A DNA stretch of 64,000 nucleotides, taken from positions 576,001-640,000 of the forward strand of contig CAVSOU010000011.1 of the NCBI GenBank assembly GCA_963729625.1. The letters are read 5' to 3'. Each line of letters begins with the position of its first letter. Positions within the stretch are counted from its first letter, which is position 1. The stretch comes from an uncultured bacterium (GTDB taxonomy: Bacteria > Chloroflexota > UBA5177 > JANWHV01). The translations under genes and the position numbers were made by a program. This document shows, piece by piece, positions 9,826-19,502 of this stretch. Under the pieces are notes generated by a model. It was not told the DNA's origin. It saw only the letters and a program-made list of their open reading frames with translations, and ran no database searches.

Positions 9826-10233
9826 ATGCGAACCGTGGTCACCGTCCTGCTGAGTGGGTTGTTTGCCTACGGCCTTGCGCTCTGGTTCAGCCTGGTGATC
9901 TGGACGTTCAACGACGTGAGGGCACGGTCTCAAAACATTGTCACGCAACTCGTGGGCACCACGATCGTGCTCATGTTCAACGTGTTCGGGCTCCTCCTAT
10001 ATTACATTATTCGCCCCAAGCAAACGCTTGCGGAAGCGTATGAAAAGTCACTGGAGGAGGAAACTCTTCTCCAGGAGATCGAGAACCGGCATCTCTGCCC
10101 CACCTGCAGCCAGCGCATCGAAGACGACTATATGATCTGTCCGACCTGCTTCACAAAGCTGCGCAACCAGTGTCACTTCTGCAGCCATCTGCTCGCGCCT
10201 GAATGGAGCCTCTGTCCGTTCTGCGGCCGGTAG
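9826..10233 (+). CDS. Membrane protein with double zinc ribbon
   Basis: Two N-terminal TM helices, then CPTC..CPTC..CHFC..CPFC; RBS GGAAGGA. Confidence 0.85.
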   Translation: MRTVVTVLLSGLFAYGLALWFSLVIWTFNDVRARSQNIVTQLVGTTIVLMFNVFGLLLYYIIRPKQTLAEAYEKSLEEETLLQEIENRHLCPTCSQRIEDDYMICPTCFTKLRNQCHFCSHLLAPEWSLCPFCGR

Positions 10234-10250
10234 TCCGGTAGGACTGTACG

Positions 10251-10945
10251 ATGGCTGAATATCGCCTGACGGTTCGCGAGTGGCCGGCTAGCGAACAGCC
10301 ACGTGAGAAGCTGCAGCTGTACGGCCCCGGCGCCCTTTCCAATGCAGAGCTGATTGCGATTCTGCTCCGCGTGGGCAGCACGCGGGAAGACGTGGTGGCG
10401 CTATCGCAGCGTTTGCTCGTACAGTATGGCGGTCTCGCGGGTCTGCACAGGGCAACCGTGATCACGCTGACCGACGAGCACGGCATGGGCCTGGCAAAGA
10501 CGTGCGCGCTGAAAGCGGCCCTCGAGCTTGGCCGTCGCCTGCTGCTGGATCCCGGTCAGGAGCGCATGCGCATCGCCTCTCCCGACGACGTGGCCCAGCT
10601 GTTGATGATGGAGATGCATGGCCTCGAGCAGGAGTGCATGCGCACCGTGCTCTTGAACACCAAGAACATGGTGCTCGGTGCGCCGACGATCTATCAGGGA
10701 TCGATGAACAGCACGTCATTTCGGGTGGGCGAGCTATTCAGGGAAGCCATCCGCCAGAACGCCGCTTCCATGATTCTCGTGCACAACCACCCCAGCGGCG
10801 ATCCCACACCAAGCCCCGAGGACATCCAGGTCACTCGCGTCGTGGTCGAGGCGGGCAAGATGCTCGACGTCGAGGTGCTCGACCACCTGGTGATCGGCAA
10901 CGGCAAGTACGTCAGCCTCAAGGAGCGCTGCTGGGCTTCGTGTGA
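10251..10945 (+). CDS. radC: RadC / JAB-domain protein (UPF0758); apparent 1-nt deletion near 10929
   Basis: PREKL..GPGALSNAELIAILL, HNHPSGDPTPSPED, LDHLVIG, YVSLKER. The usual terminal LGF* is present in a shifted frame, ending at TGA 10943-10945. Confidence 0.88.
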
Positions 10946-11069
10946 GCCCGTTCTCGAGCGGAACTACTCGAAAGCGCTTGCGGTACCCGCGCCAGGCGCG
11001 ATAGGCTGCCGTCGGCCTAGCCGAGCGGGACAAGCGGCTGAGCTGGTAGAAGATTTCAGCCCTGCACCA

Positions 11070-11478
11070 CGCCGGCTCTGCAGGTTGGTGCCAACGCCTG
11101 GCCAGTGCCCGGCCCGCGCCATGAGGTACAACTCTGCGAGCACATGGCGGCGCTCAGGCTCGTGGCGCACGGCGGACTCGCGGAGTTCCGCCTGGCTCCG
11201 GCGCGAATGTGCGCGCCTGTACCTGACAGTGGCGCCGCTCGATCACGCGGCGCTGGCAGAGCCGCTCTACGTCGGCATCCACGCCCTGGCGTCGGGGACG
11301 CCCGGCGCCCGTTGAGACCGTAGCCGTGGTGGGCGCCGGTACGGTGGGTCTTTGCACGCTCCAGGCAGCGCTGCACGCCGGTGCTCGCCGCGTCGTGGCG
11401 ATCGAACCGGAGCCGCAACGGCGTCGCCTGGCGCTATCGCTCGGCGCGTCGGCCGCCCAAGACCCGATCATCGCCTGA
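11070..11478 (+). pseudogene. Zn-dependent (MDR) dehydrogenase remnant with several frameshifts
   Basis: Fragments in different frames: GGLAEFRLAPARMCAPVPD, DHAALAEPLYVGIHAL, ETVAVVGAGTVGLCTLQAALHAGARRVVAIEPEPQRRRLALSLGA. Confidence 0.7.
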
Positions 11479-11634
11479 TTCCTGCATGATGCGTCGCGAA
11501 ACGGTCTGGCATGCTGCAGGCTGCGGCACCTTTGACCAGTGGGGCGCTTCCGAGCAGGCCCTCGACCTGCTATGTTCGTACTTGCCAGGGAACCGTCGGA
11601 TTGCAGCGCTATAGAATGAGGTGAAAGCAGCGCG

Positions 11635-11856
11635 ATGCCTCGCAAAGTGCGACAGCTCAAGGCGGAACTCCGGCTGGCAGGCGCGAGCATCGTGCGACAA
11701 CGTGGTTCCCATTCGACCTGGCAGCACCCAGGAATCCCCGGGGTCTTGGTCGAATTGGCCGGGAACGATGGCGACGACGCCCGGTCCTATCAGGAGCGTG
11801 ATGTGCGCGAAGCGCTGGCGAGGATCGCCGCAGCGTCCAAAGAGGAGGAGTCGTGA
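11635..11856 (+). CDS. hicA: Type II toxin HicA
   Basis: 73 aa, MPRKVRQLKAEL...RQRGSHSTWQHP...DARSYQERDV (GSH motif). Confidence 0.88.
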   Translation: MPRKVRQLKAELRLAGASIVRQRGSHSTWQHPGIPGVLVELAGNDGDDARSYQERDVREALARIAAASKEEES

Positions 11857-12089
11857 ACGCGCAGTCCCAGTACTCCATGGTCATTCAATGGTCTGCCCAG
11901 GATGAGGCCTATGTCGTCAGCTTTCCTGAATGGGAGGCTGCTGGACACATCGCCCACACCCACGGCACCACCTACGAGGAAGCCGTGGGCCGCGGCCGCG
12001 AGGCGCTTGAGTTGCTGATCGAGAGCGCAGCTGATGCCGGTGCTCAGCTACCCCCGCCACGTACGTTCGCGGCCGACAGGGCCGTATAA
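11853..12089 (+). CDS. hicB: Type II antitoxin HicB (short form)
   Basis: YSMVIQWSAQDEAYVVSFPE...THGTTYEEAV...ALELLIE; overlaps the hicA stop (GTGA). Confidence 0.88.
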   Translation: MNAQSQYSMVIQWSAQDEAYVVSFPEWEAAGHIAHTHGTTYEEAVGRGREALELLIESAADAGAQLPPPRTFAADRAV

Positions 12090-12183
12090 TAACCCGAGAT
12101 CAGCCCGGCGTCTGTGGCTCCCAAACCAGGCGCGACGCTGCGGCGCCCCTGCCGGCTGACAGCCAGACCAAGAGCCTCCGGCA

Positions 12184-12726
12184 TCAGATGGGTACGGTCA
12201 GCCTTGCCGTCCCACTGAAATGCCTGCCCGCGACCACGAAATCCATCGCTGCGTTGTACGTGCCAATCATGGTCAGGCGGACCGGTCCCGTGTAGTCGGC
12301 TCCGTGAGACGTCAGCCTGGCGCGCACAGGCGCCATGAGCATGCCCGGCATCGACACCGAGACGTCGATCTGGCGGACGCCGGCGAACAACGAAGATACG
12401 CTAGCTGCCGGGCTCAGTCGAAGGGTGTTCAACCCAGGCAAGCTCGGGCTGAGCGTCCCGCGCAGGCTCACAGCGTGCGCCGCTTCCGCTGCCAGCGTTG
12501 CTGTAACTGCAAGCGTCTGAGGTCGAAGAATGAATCGGGGATCGATCGTCGGAGTGGCGCCGGCCTGCTGCCGGGCAGTGCTCTGGGCGCTTGACTGGGA
12601 AGACACGGCGACGAATCCGGCGATGCCGAGGCACAAGCAACATCACGCCCCCGATGATCAGCGGCCTCAGCCGGCGTGGCGTTAAGCGACGGGAAGGGAC
12701 ACGAGAACGTCGACGCTTGGACACTG
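12184..12726 (-). CDS. Exported YtkA/FixH-like Ig-fold protein; probable frameshift near 12637
   Basis: C-terminal SPSLPGLNTL, VSMPGMLMAPV, YTGPVRLTMIGTY. The signal/TM segment is split between frames (RRLRPLIIGGVML | CLGIAGFVAVS). Confidence 0.5.
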
Positions 12727-12886
12727 AAATCCAGACCCCCATCGGAGCAAGTGGATCGCACCGAAGTAAAGGTTCGCGCGGGCGGACAATCCGGACTGCC
12801 TGCTCCTGGCCGTCATACGATCGCACGTACGCGTCCAGCCCTTCGCCGCACGCGCGATGACCGAGTGCGCCAACAGGCTGAGCGGC

Positions 12887-12927
12887 CGAAGGGGGGCATC
12901 ACGGAGTCGACGGGATGCCCCCCTTCG
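12887..12927. terminator. Inverted repeat downstream of cupredoxin gene
   Basis: CGAAGGGGGGCATC ... GATGCCCCCCTTCG, perfect 14-bp stem; no clear T tract. Confidence 0.55.
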
Positions 12928-12956
12928 CCTTCAGGCGCGCGCGGACACGGAAGGGC

Positions 12957-13931
12957 CTACTGCACGACGGTCACCGTGCCGTCCATGTCAGGATGCATCA
13001 GGCAGTCGTAGGCGAACGTGCCGGCCGCGGTGAACGTCAGCTTGAATGACGGAGGAGCCTTGGAGTTCGGAGGCGCCTCGAAGACCAGGACGCCGGAGTT
13101 GACGAAACCCGTGCCGTCGTAGGTTGGGCCGCCGGCAGGAGTGGTGATTTTGGGGTTCAACATGAGCTTCGGCGGTCCGTTGGGCTGTGGCACCGGCACG
13201 ACCAGATTCTTCTCGATCTGGGTGAGCATGGAGTCGGGACCGAAGGTGACGGTGTGGATAATGCCGATCCACTCCACCGTGTCGCCCACGTGAATGGTGA
13301 GGTGACGGGGATAGAACTGGTCCTCCATCGTCGTATTGGCCTGGTCGTTCCCGGCCAGTTGCCCGTCACCGGCCTGTACGATCCAGGTCTTGCCCATCGG
13401 AGCCGCGGCAGGGTGCACGACGACCGTGCCGTTCATGGCCGGGCCGTGCACGAGGCAGATGTATTGGAAGTTGCCGGCCTTGGTGAAAGTCAGCTTCCAG
13501 GTCTGGCCCGGCTTCGCCATGAATCCCGAATTCGCCAGGCCCGTTCCGTCGTAGGTGTGACCGGCAGTCGGCATCGCAGCTTGTGAGCTGACCTGGATGA
13601 GCGGCGGACCGTTCTTCTGCATGACCGGCACCAGGAAGTCCTGGTTCAGCTTCTTGAGCTCGGCCATCGGTCCGAAGGAGACGGTATGTGGCTCGAGCGA
13701 GTCGTTCATCTTGAAGACCACGGTGTCGCCAACGGTGATGTCGATGTACTTGGGGGAGAAGCCGAGCCACGAGCCGCTGGAGACTCCGGCCTGGCCTGAA
13801 CCCACGAGTACGGTCACCGTCGCCGGCTTCGCGCCGGTCATGGCCTGGGCATGTGACCCGGTCACAGCGTGGAATGGGGCAATACCGGCCAGTATCAGGC
13901 CGGTGACGGCAAGCGCCATTATGCGTTTCAC
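12957..13931 (-). CDS. Secreted two-domain cupredoxin (plastocyanin/azurin-like)
   Basis: Signal peptide; two repeats each with HTV(S/T)FG and a C-terminal type-1 Cu loop (YICLVHGPAMNG; YDCLMHPDMDG). Confidence 0.88.
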   Translation of the reverse strand: MKRIMALAVTGLILAGIAPFHAVTGSHAQAMTGAKPATVTVLVGSGQAGVSSGSWLGFSPKYIDITVGDTVVFKMNDSLEPHTVSFGPMAELKKLNQDFLVPVMQKNGPPLIQVSSQAAMPTAGHTYDGTGLANSGFMAKPGQTWKLTFTKAGNFQYICLVHGPAMNGTVVVHPAAAPMGKTWIVQAGDGQLAGNDQANTTMEDQFYPRHLTIHVGDTVEWIGIIHTVTFGPDSMLTQIEKNLVVPVPQPNGPPKLMLNPKITTPAGGPTYDGTGFVNSGVLVFEAPPNSKAPPSFKLTFTAAGTFAYDCLMHPDMDGTVTVVQ

Positions 13932-14464
13932 TGCGAGCGCACTCCTTACTACTCACATTGTTCGACGATCGAGCATGACGATAAGAAGGCCGCCAAGGCG
14001 GCCGCCCTGCTTCTTCGGGGCACTGCGGCAACCGGCTAGACGACCTTCATGACCCCTGTGTTGCTGAGATTCCTGGATGTTGCGCCGATGACTCCCACCT
14101 CCTCCTGGCTAGTGTCAGACCGTTGAGCCCGCAGGCCTCTAATTCAGTGTAGGCAGCCAAATTCTAAGAAACAAGATTTAGCTGTTTATTATTTGGTATC
14201 GATGCAATTGGGGCTTGCACAGCGGACTGGACAGGGGGAATCCCGCCGCTTTCAGGGCTGAACCTGTCACGCGGCCTGTGTCAGTCTGGTTGATCGCGCC
14301 ATACTCCGGACTGCCCAGGACAGTGATCCGCTCCCAATATGCGCGCCGGCATGCGCGCGGACCTGCCTGGATGGGGTCTTCCAAATGAGCGCGTTGACAC
14401 GATCCGCGCCACAGGTATCACGAGCCCATCGGCTACGACGCCGGCCCTTTCCAGAGCCTGCGCT

Positions 14465-15202
14465 TCAGACGGCGCCGGCTATGACCTGGCGGTCATGAGT
14501 CGCGACGATGCGCTGGCCCGGCTGTACGACGAGGAAGTCGTCGTCCCAGTCACCTGCCAACAGCCGGCGGACGAGCGTCATGTTCCCCACAAGCTGCTCA
14601 AAGCGCCAGCCGTATTTGGCGGCATCCTCCTGAGCCTGAGCGCGATAGCGGCCGTCTGTCTCGGATCCTGTCTCGATGTACGCTGCTCGCTGGTAGTGCT
14701 GTTGCCACCCGCCCATCACTTCCAGCAGATACTGCGCATTGTCCTCGCCGTACTTGGCCACCAGCGCCTCGTAATCGTCCTCAATACCCGTGCCCACACC
14801 CATGCTGATGCGTCTGCCCTTCGCGCTGCTGACGCTCTGGCGTTCGAGGTAGTCGTCCGAGTAGTAATACGTGCCCGGCGTCGCCGAGAACTCGGCGTTG
14901 TAGCGGTCCCGCGAGCCCAGGTAAATGGTGATGCAATCGTGCGCGCGCGGTATCGCGATGGGAATGTCCCGTGCCTGCAGACCTTCCAGGGATCGGTTGC
15001 ATAACCCGAAGGCCAGCACGATGGCCTGGTATGCAGCTGCGTCGACGGCGTCGATCTGGCGCTGCAATTCCGTCCTGAGCACGCGCGCATTGTCATGCAG
15101 GCCCTGGTCGACCAGTTCCACGTCGACTATGTGCGGTGAGCTCGCGGCCTGCAGGTACACCAGGCGCGCAAATACACTGCAGGATAGTACCTTGATACGC
15201 AC
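14465..15202 (-). CDS. DUF1638 family protein (associated with corrinoid systems)
   Basis: LSCSVF, GLHD, FGLCNRSLEG, PRAHDCITIYLGS, PGTYY, YEALVAKYGEDNAQYL motifs; next to the RACo gene. Confidence 0.85.
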   Translation of the reverse strand: MRIKVLSCSVFARLVYLQAASSPHIVDVELVDQGLHDNARVLRTELQRQIDAVDAAAYQAIVLAFGLCNRSLEGLQARDIPIAIPRAHDCITIYLGSRDRYNAEFSATPGTYYYSDDYLERQSVSSAKGRRISMGVGTGIEDDYEALVAKYGEDNAQYLLEVMGGWQQHYQRAAYIETGSETDGRYRAQAQEDAAKYGWRFEQLVGNMTLVRRLLAGDWDDDFLVVQPGQRIVATHDRQVIAGAV

Positions 15203-15316
15203 GGATCATGTCCCCCATTCATCGGCATGCAGCATGGATGATATGTACCGGTAAGAGCAGCCAATTCTACTTCCCGCGGGGAAGTCTCGCCCAAGTCGCT
15301 TGGAGACCTCGACACG

Positions 15317-17173
15317 TCAGTCCTCTCCAGCATGCTCGAAACTCAGGGCTCGCACAAACGCGTCGACGAACTGCGCGTGTGCCGTGAGCTCCACATAGTG
15401 CACTGTTCGGGCCAGGTCTCGTGCTGTCGCTCGCCGCTCCCTCGACAGCAGCAAATGCTGCGCTCCCTGGCCCGCCGCGTTACCCACCTGACGAAACCGC
15501 TCACGCGGCAGGGCCGGCAGCATGCCGACTCGCATGGCGCTGTCCAGATCGAGGTACGTACCAAAGGCGCCGGCCACGATCACGTCCTGCAGCGCCTCGG
15601 AACGTATGTGAGCCGCGTCGAGGAGCAGCTCGGTGCCTGCCCGAATCGCGCCCTTGGCCAGTTGAATCTCGTTCACGTCGGACCGCGTGAGTATGAGATC
15701 GCGATCGTGCCCGGTTCGCGCCGCGGGGACGAGAAGGCAGAAGAACCCGGCCGCTCCTCGGTGCACCAGCGGATGGCTCTTGCTCAACGCGCCGCGAGCA
15801 TCGATGATTCCGGCGTTCAGTCCTTCCGCCACGGCATCCAGAATGCCTGATCCACAGATGCCGACCGGTGGCAGGCCGCCGATGGTGTGCACGAGGAATC
15901 CGCCGTTCTGAAACCGCACGCGCTCGATTGCTCCGGGGACGGCCCGCATCCCGTCGCGAATGTGGGCGCCCTCGAATGCGGGGCCTGAGGCGGTGGAGCA
16001 GCTCCAAAGCCGCCCATCGTGGGCAAGGGTGATCTCCGTGTTGGTGCCGATATCGAGCAGAAGCTTCGTGCGAACGCCTTTGCCGATATCGCTAGCCAGC
16101 AAGGCTGACACATGGTCCGCCCCCACATAACCTGCGATGTTGGGCGGCAGGTACAGCGTGGCGCCAGCCGCCAGCTGAAGCCCCACATCCGAAGCGTGTA
16201 TGTCCAGCGCCGCGGTCACCGTCGCAATGTAGGGCGCCTCGCCCAGCGGTCGCACCGGCAGTCCCACGAAGAGATGGTGCATGGCGGTATTGCCAACCAC
16301 CACCGCGTCGACAATGCTCGCGCGGTCGGCGCCAATCTGGGCGCAGAGCTCCTCGACCAGCTTGTTCACGGTATCGACGATACGCTCGTGCAGCACGCCG
16401 GCAGCGGCAGCCGAGGTGTTCGCATGGGTGATACGGCTGACGACGTCTTCGCCGTATGCGATCTGCGGGTTCATCGCTCCGGCACGGGCCACCGTTTGCC
16501 CCGTGGCGAGATCCACGAGATAACCCGCGACTTTGGTCGTGCCAACATCCACTGCGAGGCCCAGCAATCGTGCCTCGATCGGCAGCACTGCCACGATCTC
16601 GTTTGGCGCACTGGCCCGGTGAACCGCTAGCCGAGCAGACCACTGCTGAGCACGGAGAACGTGCGAACCCTCTTGCAGCGCCGACAAGCTCAGACGCACG
16701 TCCCGCACGCCCGCGGCCTGGACCGCGTCGGCCAGACGCGTGCCATCTGCCCGCAGGTCGTCGAGCGCAGGCTGGGCCAGGACCACGTCAATCCCAAACA
16801 CCGGGGGGTCAAGAGCGACTCCGTCCGACTGCCCCTCGACCTGGAGACGCTGCGTGGTCGACAGTGAGTCGGGTGGAATCTCGATACGCACATCGCTCAA
16901 CACAGCGGCCTGGCAAGCCAGGCGCAAACCAGATCGTATCTCCGGATCGGTGAATAGGTCTTCCTCTATGGGAGTCGGGTCGGACAACATGCCATCGACA
17001 TGGCGGACTCTGCAGGTGCCGCACGTGCCCTGGCCACCGCAGACAGCCACCAACTCCACACCCGAGGCCTGTGCAGCCGCGAGAATGGTGGTCTCCCTGG
17101 GCACGCGCGCTCTACGGCCTACAGGCTGCAGATCCACGCTCACAAAGTCCGTGCCGGCGGGATCAGCCATCAC
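15317..17173 (-). CDS. RACo: ATP-dependent reductive activator of corrinoid proteins ([2Fe-2S] + ASKHA/DUF4445)
   Basis: CGGQGTCGTC...RLACQ ferredoxin, DVGTTKV, NPQIAYGEDVVSRI, DIGTNTE, GPAFEG, GICGSG, QLAKGAI, AGAFG, GNAAGQGA. Confidence 0.93.
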   Translation of the reverse strand: MMADPAGTDFVSVDLQPVGRRARVPRETTILAAAQASGVELVAVCGGQGTCGTCRVRHVDGMLSDPTPIEEDLFTDPEIRSGLRLACQAAVLSDVRIEIPPDSLSTTQRLQVEGQSDGVALDPPVFGIDVVLAQPALDDLRADGTRLADAVQAAGVRDVRLSLSALQEGSHVLRAQQWSARLAVHRASAPNEIVAVLPIEARLLGLAVDVGTTKVAGYLVDLATGQTVARAGAMNPQIAYGEDVVSRITHANTSAAAAGVLHERIVDTVNKLVEELCAQIGADRASIVDAVVVGNTAMHHLFVGLPVRPLGEAPYIATVTAALDIHASDVGLQLAAGATLYLPPNIAGYVGADHVSALLASDIGKGVRTKLLLDIGTNTEITLAHDGRLWSCSTASGPAFEGAHIRDGMRAVPGAIERVRFQNGGFLVHTIGGLPPVGICGSGILDAVAEGLNAGIIDARGALSKSHPLVHRGAAGFFCLLVPAARTGHDRDLILTRSDVNEIQLAKGAIRAGTELLLDAAHIRSEALQDVIVAGAFGTYLDLDSAMRVGMLPALPRERFRQVGNAAGQGAQHLLLSRERRATARDLARTVHYVELTAHAQFVDAFVRALSFEHAGED

Positions 17174-17242
17174 GTGCCATCCACCGGCTCACCGCTCAGC
17201 CGGGGCGTCACGCGTTCGAGCGAACTCATCAGTGCCTCCGTG

Positions 17243-18475
17243 CTACGACCGATATGCGCCGACGGCCGGCATCATGGCACTACTCCCAGGCCCGAAATAC
17301 CGCAGCAGGACGAGCGGTTCGTGGCCGGTGTTCGCAACCGTGAAGCCGGCGCGTGCGCGCTCATTGCTGACAAAGAATTCGTCCCAGGTATCCTCGCCGT
17401 AGCGCGTGGAGGTGAGCGCTTCCACGGCAAATGGCCCGACGGTCCCGTGTCCCTGGATGACGATCACGCCGCTCGCCCCGGTATCACGCAAGGTTACTGA
17501 CGCTCCCGCCTGAACGCGCAGCTCGCGTGCCGAGAAGAGATCCTGTCCCTCGATCAGGCCATAGATCACCCAGCAATCCTCGAAGCCATCCCTGCCGGTG
17601 TCGCCGATGGTAATGGGTTCGAGGTAGTGGTGTTGCTTGAACGCCGGGTCGAGATTCGCGCTCCAGTCGATCATGCTGACCAGGAAGTCCAGGTCGCGGT
17701 GCTTCTCCGGCGACACGCTTTTGACCAGCGAGCTCCACGGGTTCACACGCCCGTCGACCAGGGATTGGAACTCCGCGCTCACATCCGAGCCCCACTGTAC
17801 CTCGTAGGTGCACAGCGAACCCGGGGCATGCATGATGCCCGGAGGAATGATCCAGCCCGTGCCGGGCCTCAAGCGGTAGGCTCGCGACAGATCCAGGATG
17901 CCGTTGTCACCCTGGTCCCAGCGCTCGAGGCAACGGTAGATATCCTTCTCCGTCGTGCCCGATTCCAGCCCGAAGAACGTGTACGGAAACAAGTTGGTGG
18001 CAGCGTTCAGCTGTGTGGGAAAGTAATAGGCTTCCGGTTTCTGTTGCTGCCCGACGAGGCTGGCGTGCTCCTGCTTCTGGTGCAGATGCAGGGGGATCGC
18101 GCCCAGGTTGTCGAAGAACTTGCAGAGCGCCGGCCAGCGACCCCAGGCGGCCATCATGTCCTTGCCGATCAGCGCTGCACCTGCCGCGGAGACGGCTTCG
18201 CGCAACAGGAAGCGCCGAGCGTCGACGCCGACCACGTGGCTCAAACCCTCCTCCGCCGGCGTATTCGGTCCGTTGTCTGCCTCGGTCGTCGAGGCAATCC
18301 AGCGCTCGTTGATGCCGCCACGTGATGCGCCGAGCGCATAGAGGTCCTGCTCGGCCAGGCGCAGCCGTCTCCCAGGGATCATGCCGACCCGCGGTACCCA
18401 CGTGGGCGCCAGGTGGAGGATGCCGTCGCCGGCTTCCAGTGCGTCCTCGACACACCGCGAGATGTTTGGCTCCAT
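17243..18475 (-). CDS. Cupin protein related to type I phosphomannose isomerase (putative sugar-phosphate isomerase)
   Basis: KFFDNLGAIPLHLHQ, KPEAYY, PPGIMHAPG and YEVQWGSD parallel the PMI metal-binding motifs. Confidence 0.7.
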   Translation of the reverse strand: MEPNISRCVEDALEAGDGILHLAPTWVPRVGMIPGRRLRLAEQDLYALGASRGGINERWIASTTEADNGPNTPAEEGLSHVVGVDARRFLLREAVSAAGAALIGKDMMAAWGRWPALCKFFDNLGAIPLHLHQKQEHASLVGQQQKPEAYYFPTQLNAATNLFPYTFFGLESGTTEKDIYRCLERWDQGDNGILDLSRAYRLRPGTGWIIPPGIMHAPGSLCTYEVQWGSDVSAEFQSLVDGRVNPWSSLVKSVSPEKHRDLDFLVSMIDWSANLDPAFKQHHYLEPITIGDTGRDGFEDCWVIYGLIEGQDLFSARELRVQAGASVTLRDTGASGVIVIQGHGTVGPFAVEALTSTRYGEDTWDEFFVSNERARAGFTVANTGHEPLVLLRYFGPGSSAMMPAVGAYRS

Positions 18476-18493
18476 TGCGGCCCTCCTTCTCCG

Positions 18494-19438
18494 TCAGCCG
18501 CGCTCGGGACCGACCGGCGCTGCGCCCGCCCCTACGGCGGTGCTGTACACGTCGATGGCTCGGCAATATTGGTCGGCAATCTGACGCGCCGCTGCCGGCC
18601 GGTCAAGCGATCCGGCCAGGTAGCCCTTGATAGCCTCCCACCAGAGTGTCCGGCCGATGGCGAACCCGATATAGCCCGGAACACCCGCCGCCTGCCGCAG
18701 CCAGTGCTCTACACGTGGCTGATCCGCCGCGCGGCCGAGTACGACGCACCCCACGTGCGCACGTCCCTCGCCCCGAATTGCGGCCGCCACGCGCGCGCAA
18801 TCCGCGCGCTGCTCGAGGCCTTCTATTTTCCAGACATCGGTCTCCACGCCCGCCTCCTGGAGCGCATCGATCATCCGCAGCGTCAACGCCGGCCGCACTT
18901 CGGCGTCAAAGCGAAAGGCGTCACCGCCAACTGTTGCCAGCTGCGGAGCGGTGGGCGGGATGACCACCTCAAGAAGCAGCTTGCGATCGTGATCGTGCAG
19001 CCAGTCCGCCAGAAGCCGGAGACGAGAGGCCTGGCGCGCGTTGAGGGCCGCATCCCCGTCCGGATTGTAGCGCACGAGGACCTTGGCGAAGGGTGTCCCC
19101 ACCGCGGCTAGATGCTCGCCGAATTCGTCTCCGTACGCGAACTCCAACTCCGCTCCCCCGCTCTTCTCCACGCAAACCGCGGAGATCTCACCCGCGGCCA
19201 CTGCTCGCTTCGCGATACCGATGCCAAACTGCTCGTCCACCAGAATGCCGGCCTCATCCTTCGAGACACCCCGCGCCAGCGCGAGGTGGAACCCGTCGTA
19301 GATGACCTCTTTCGCGTCGAGCATGCGTGCGCTAACGTCAGGCGTGGCCTCGCCCGTGCTGTTGAGAAGTCCTTTCTGCAGCGTCCCGCGATGGTCGAAC
19401 GCAAGAATATACAGCGGACGGTCGTACCCAAGGGTCAT
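18494..19438 (-). CDS. DUF2090 class I aldolase (IolC-associated / LacD-like)
   Basis: LYILAFDHR, GILVDEQFG, KVLVRYNP, LLLEV, DVWKIEG, CVVLGR, GFAIGRTLW. Confidence 0.85.
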   Translation of the reverse strand: MTLGYDRPLYILAFDHRGTLQKGLLNSTGEATPDVSARMLDAKEVIYDGFHLALARGVSKDEAGILVDEQFGIGIAKRAVAAGEISAVCVEKSGGAELEFAYGDEFGEHLAAVGTPFAKVLVRYNPDGDAALNARQASRLRLLADWLHDHDRKLLLEVVIPPTAPQLATVGGDAFRFDAEVRPALTLRMIDALQEAGVETDVWKIEGLEQRADCARVAAAIRGEGRAHVGCVVLGRAADQPRVEHWLRQAAGVPGYIGFAIGRTLWWEAIKGYLAGSLDRPAAARQIADQYCRAIDVYSTAVGAGAAPVGPERG

Positions 19439-19502
19439 GAACTCGTTCTCCTACTCAACTACGTGCCATGGATGCGCTCTGTTCCGACTCGACCAGCCGC
19501 AC

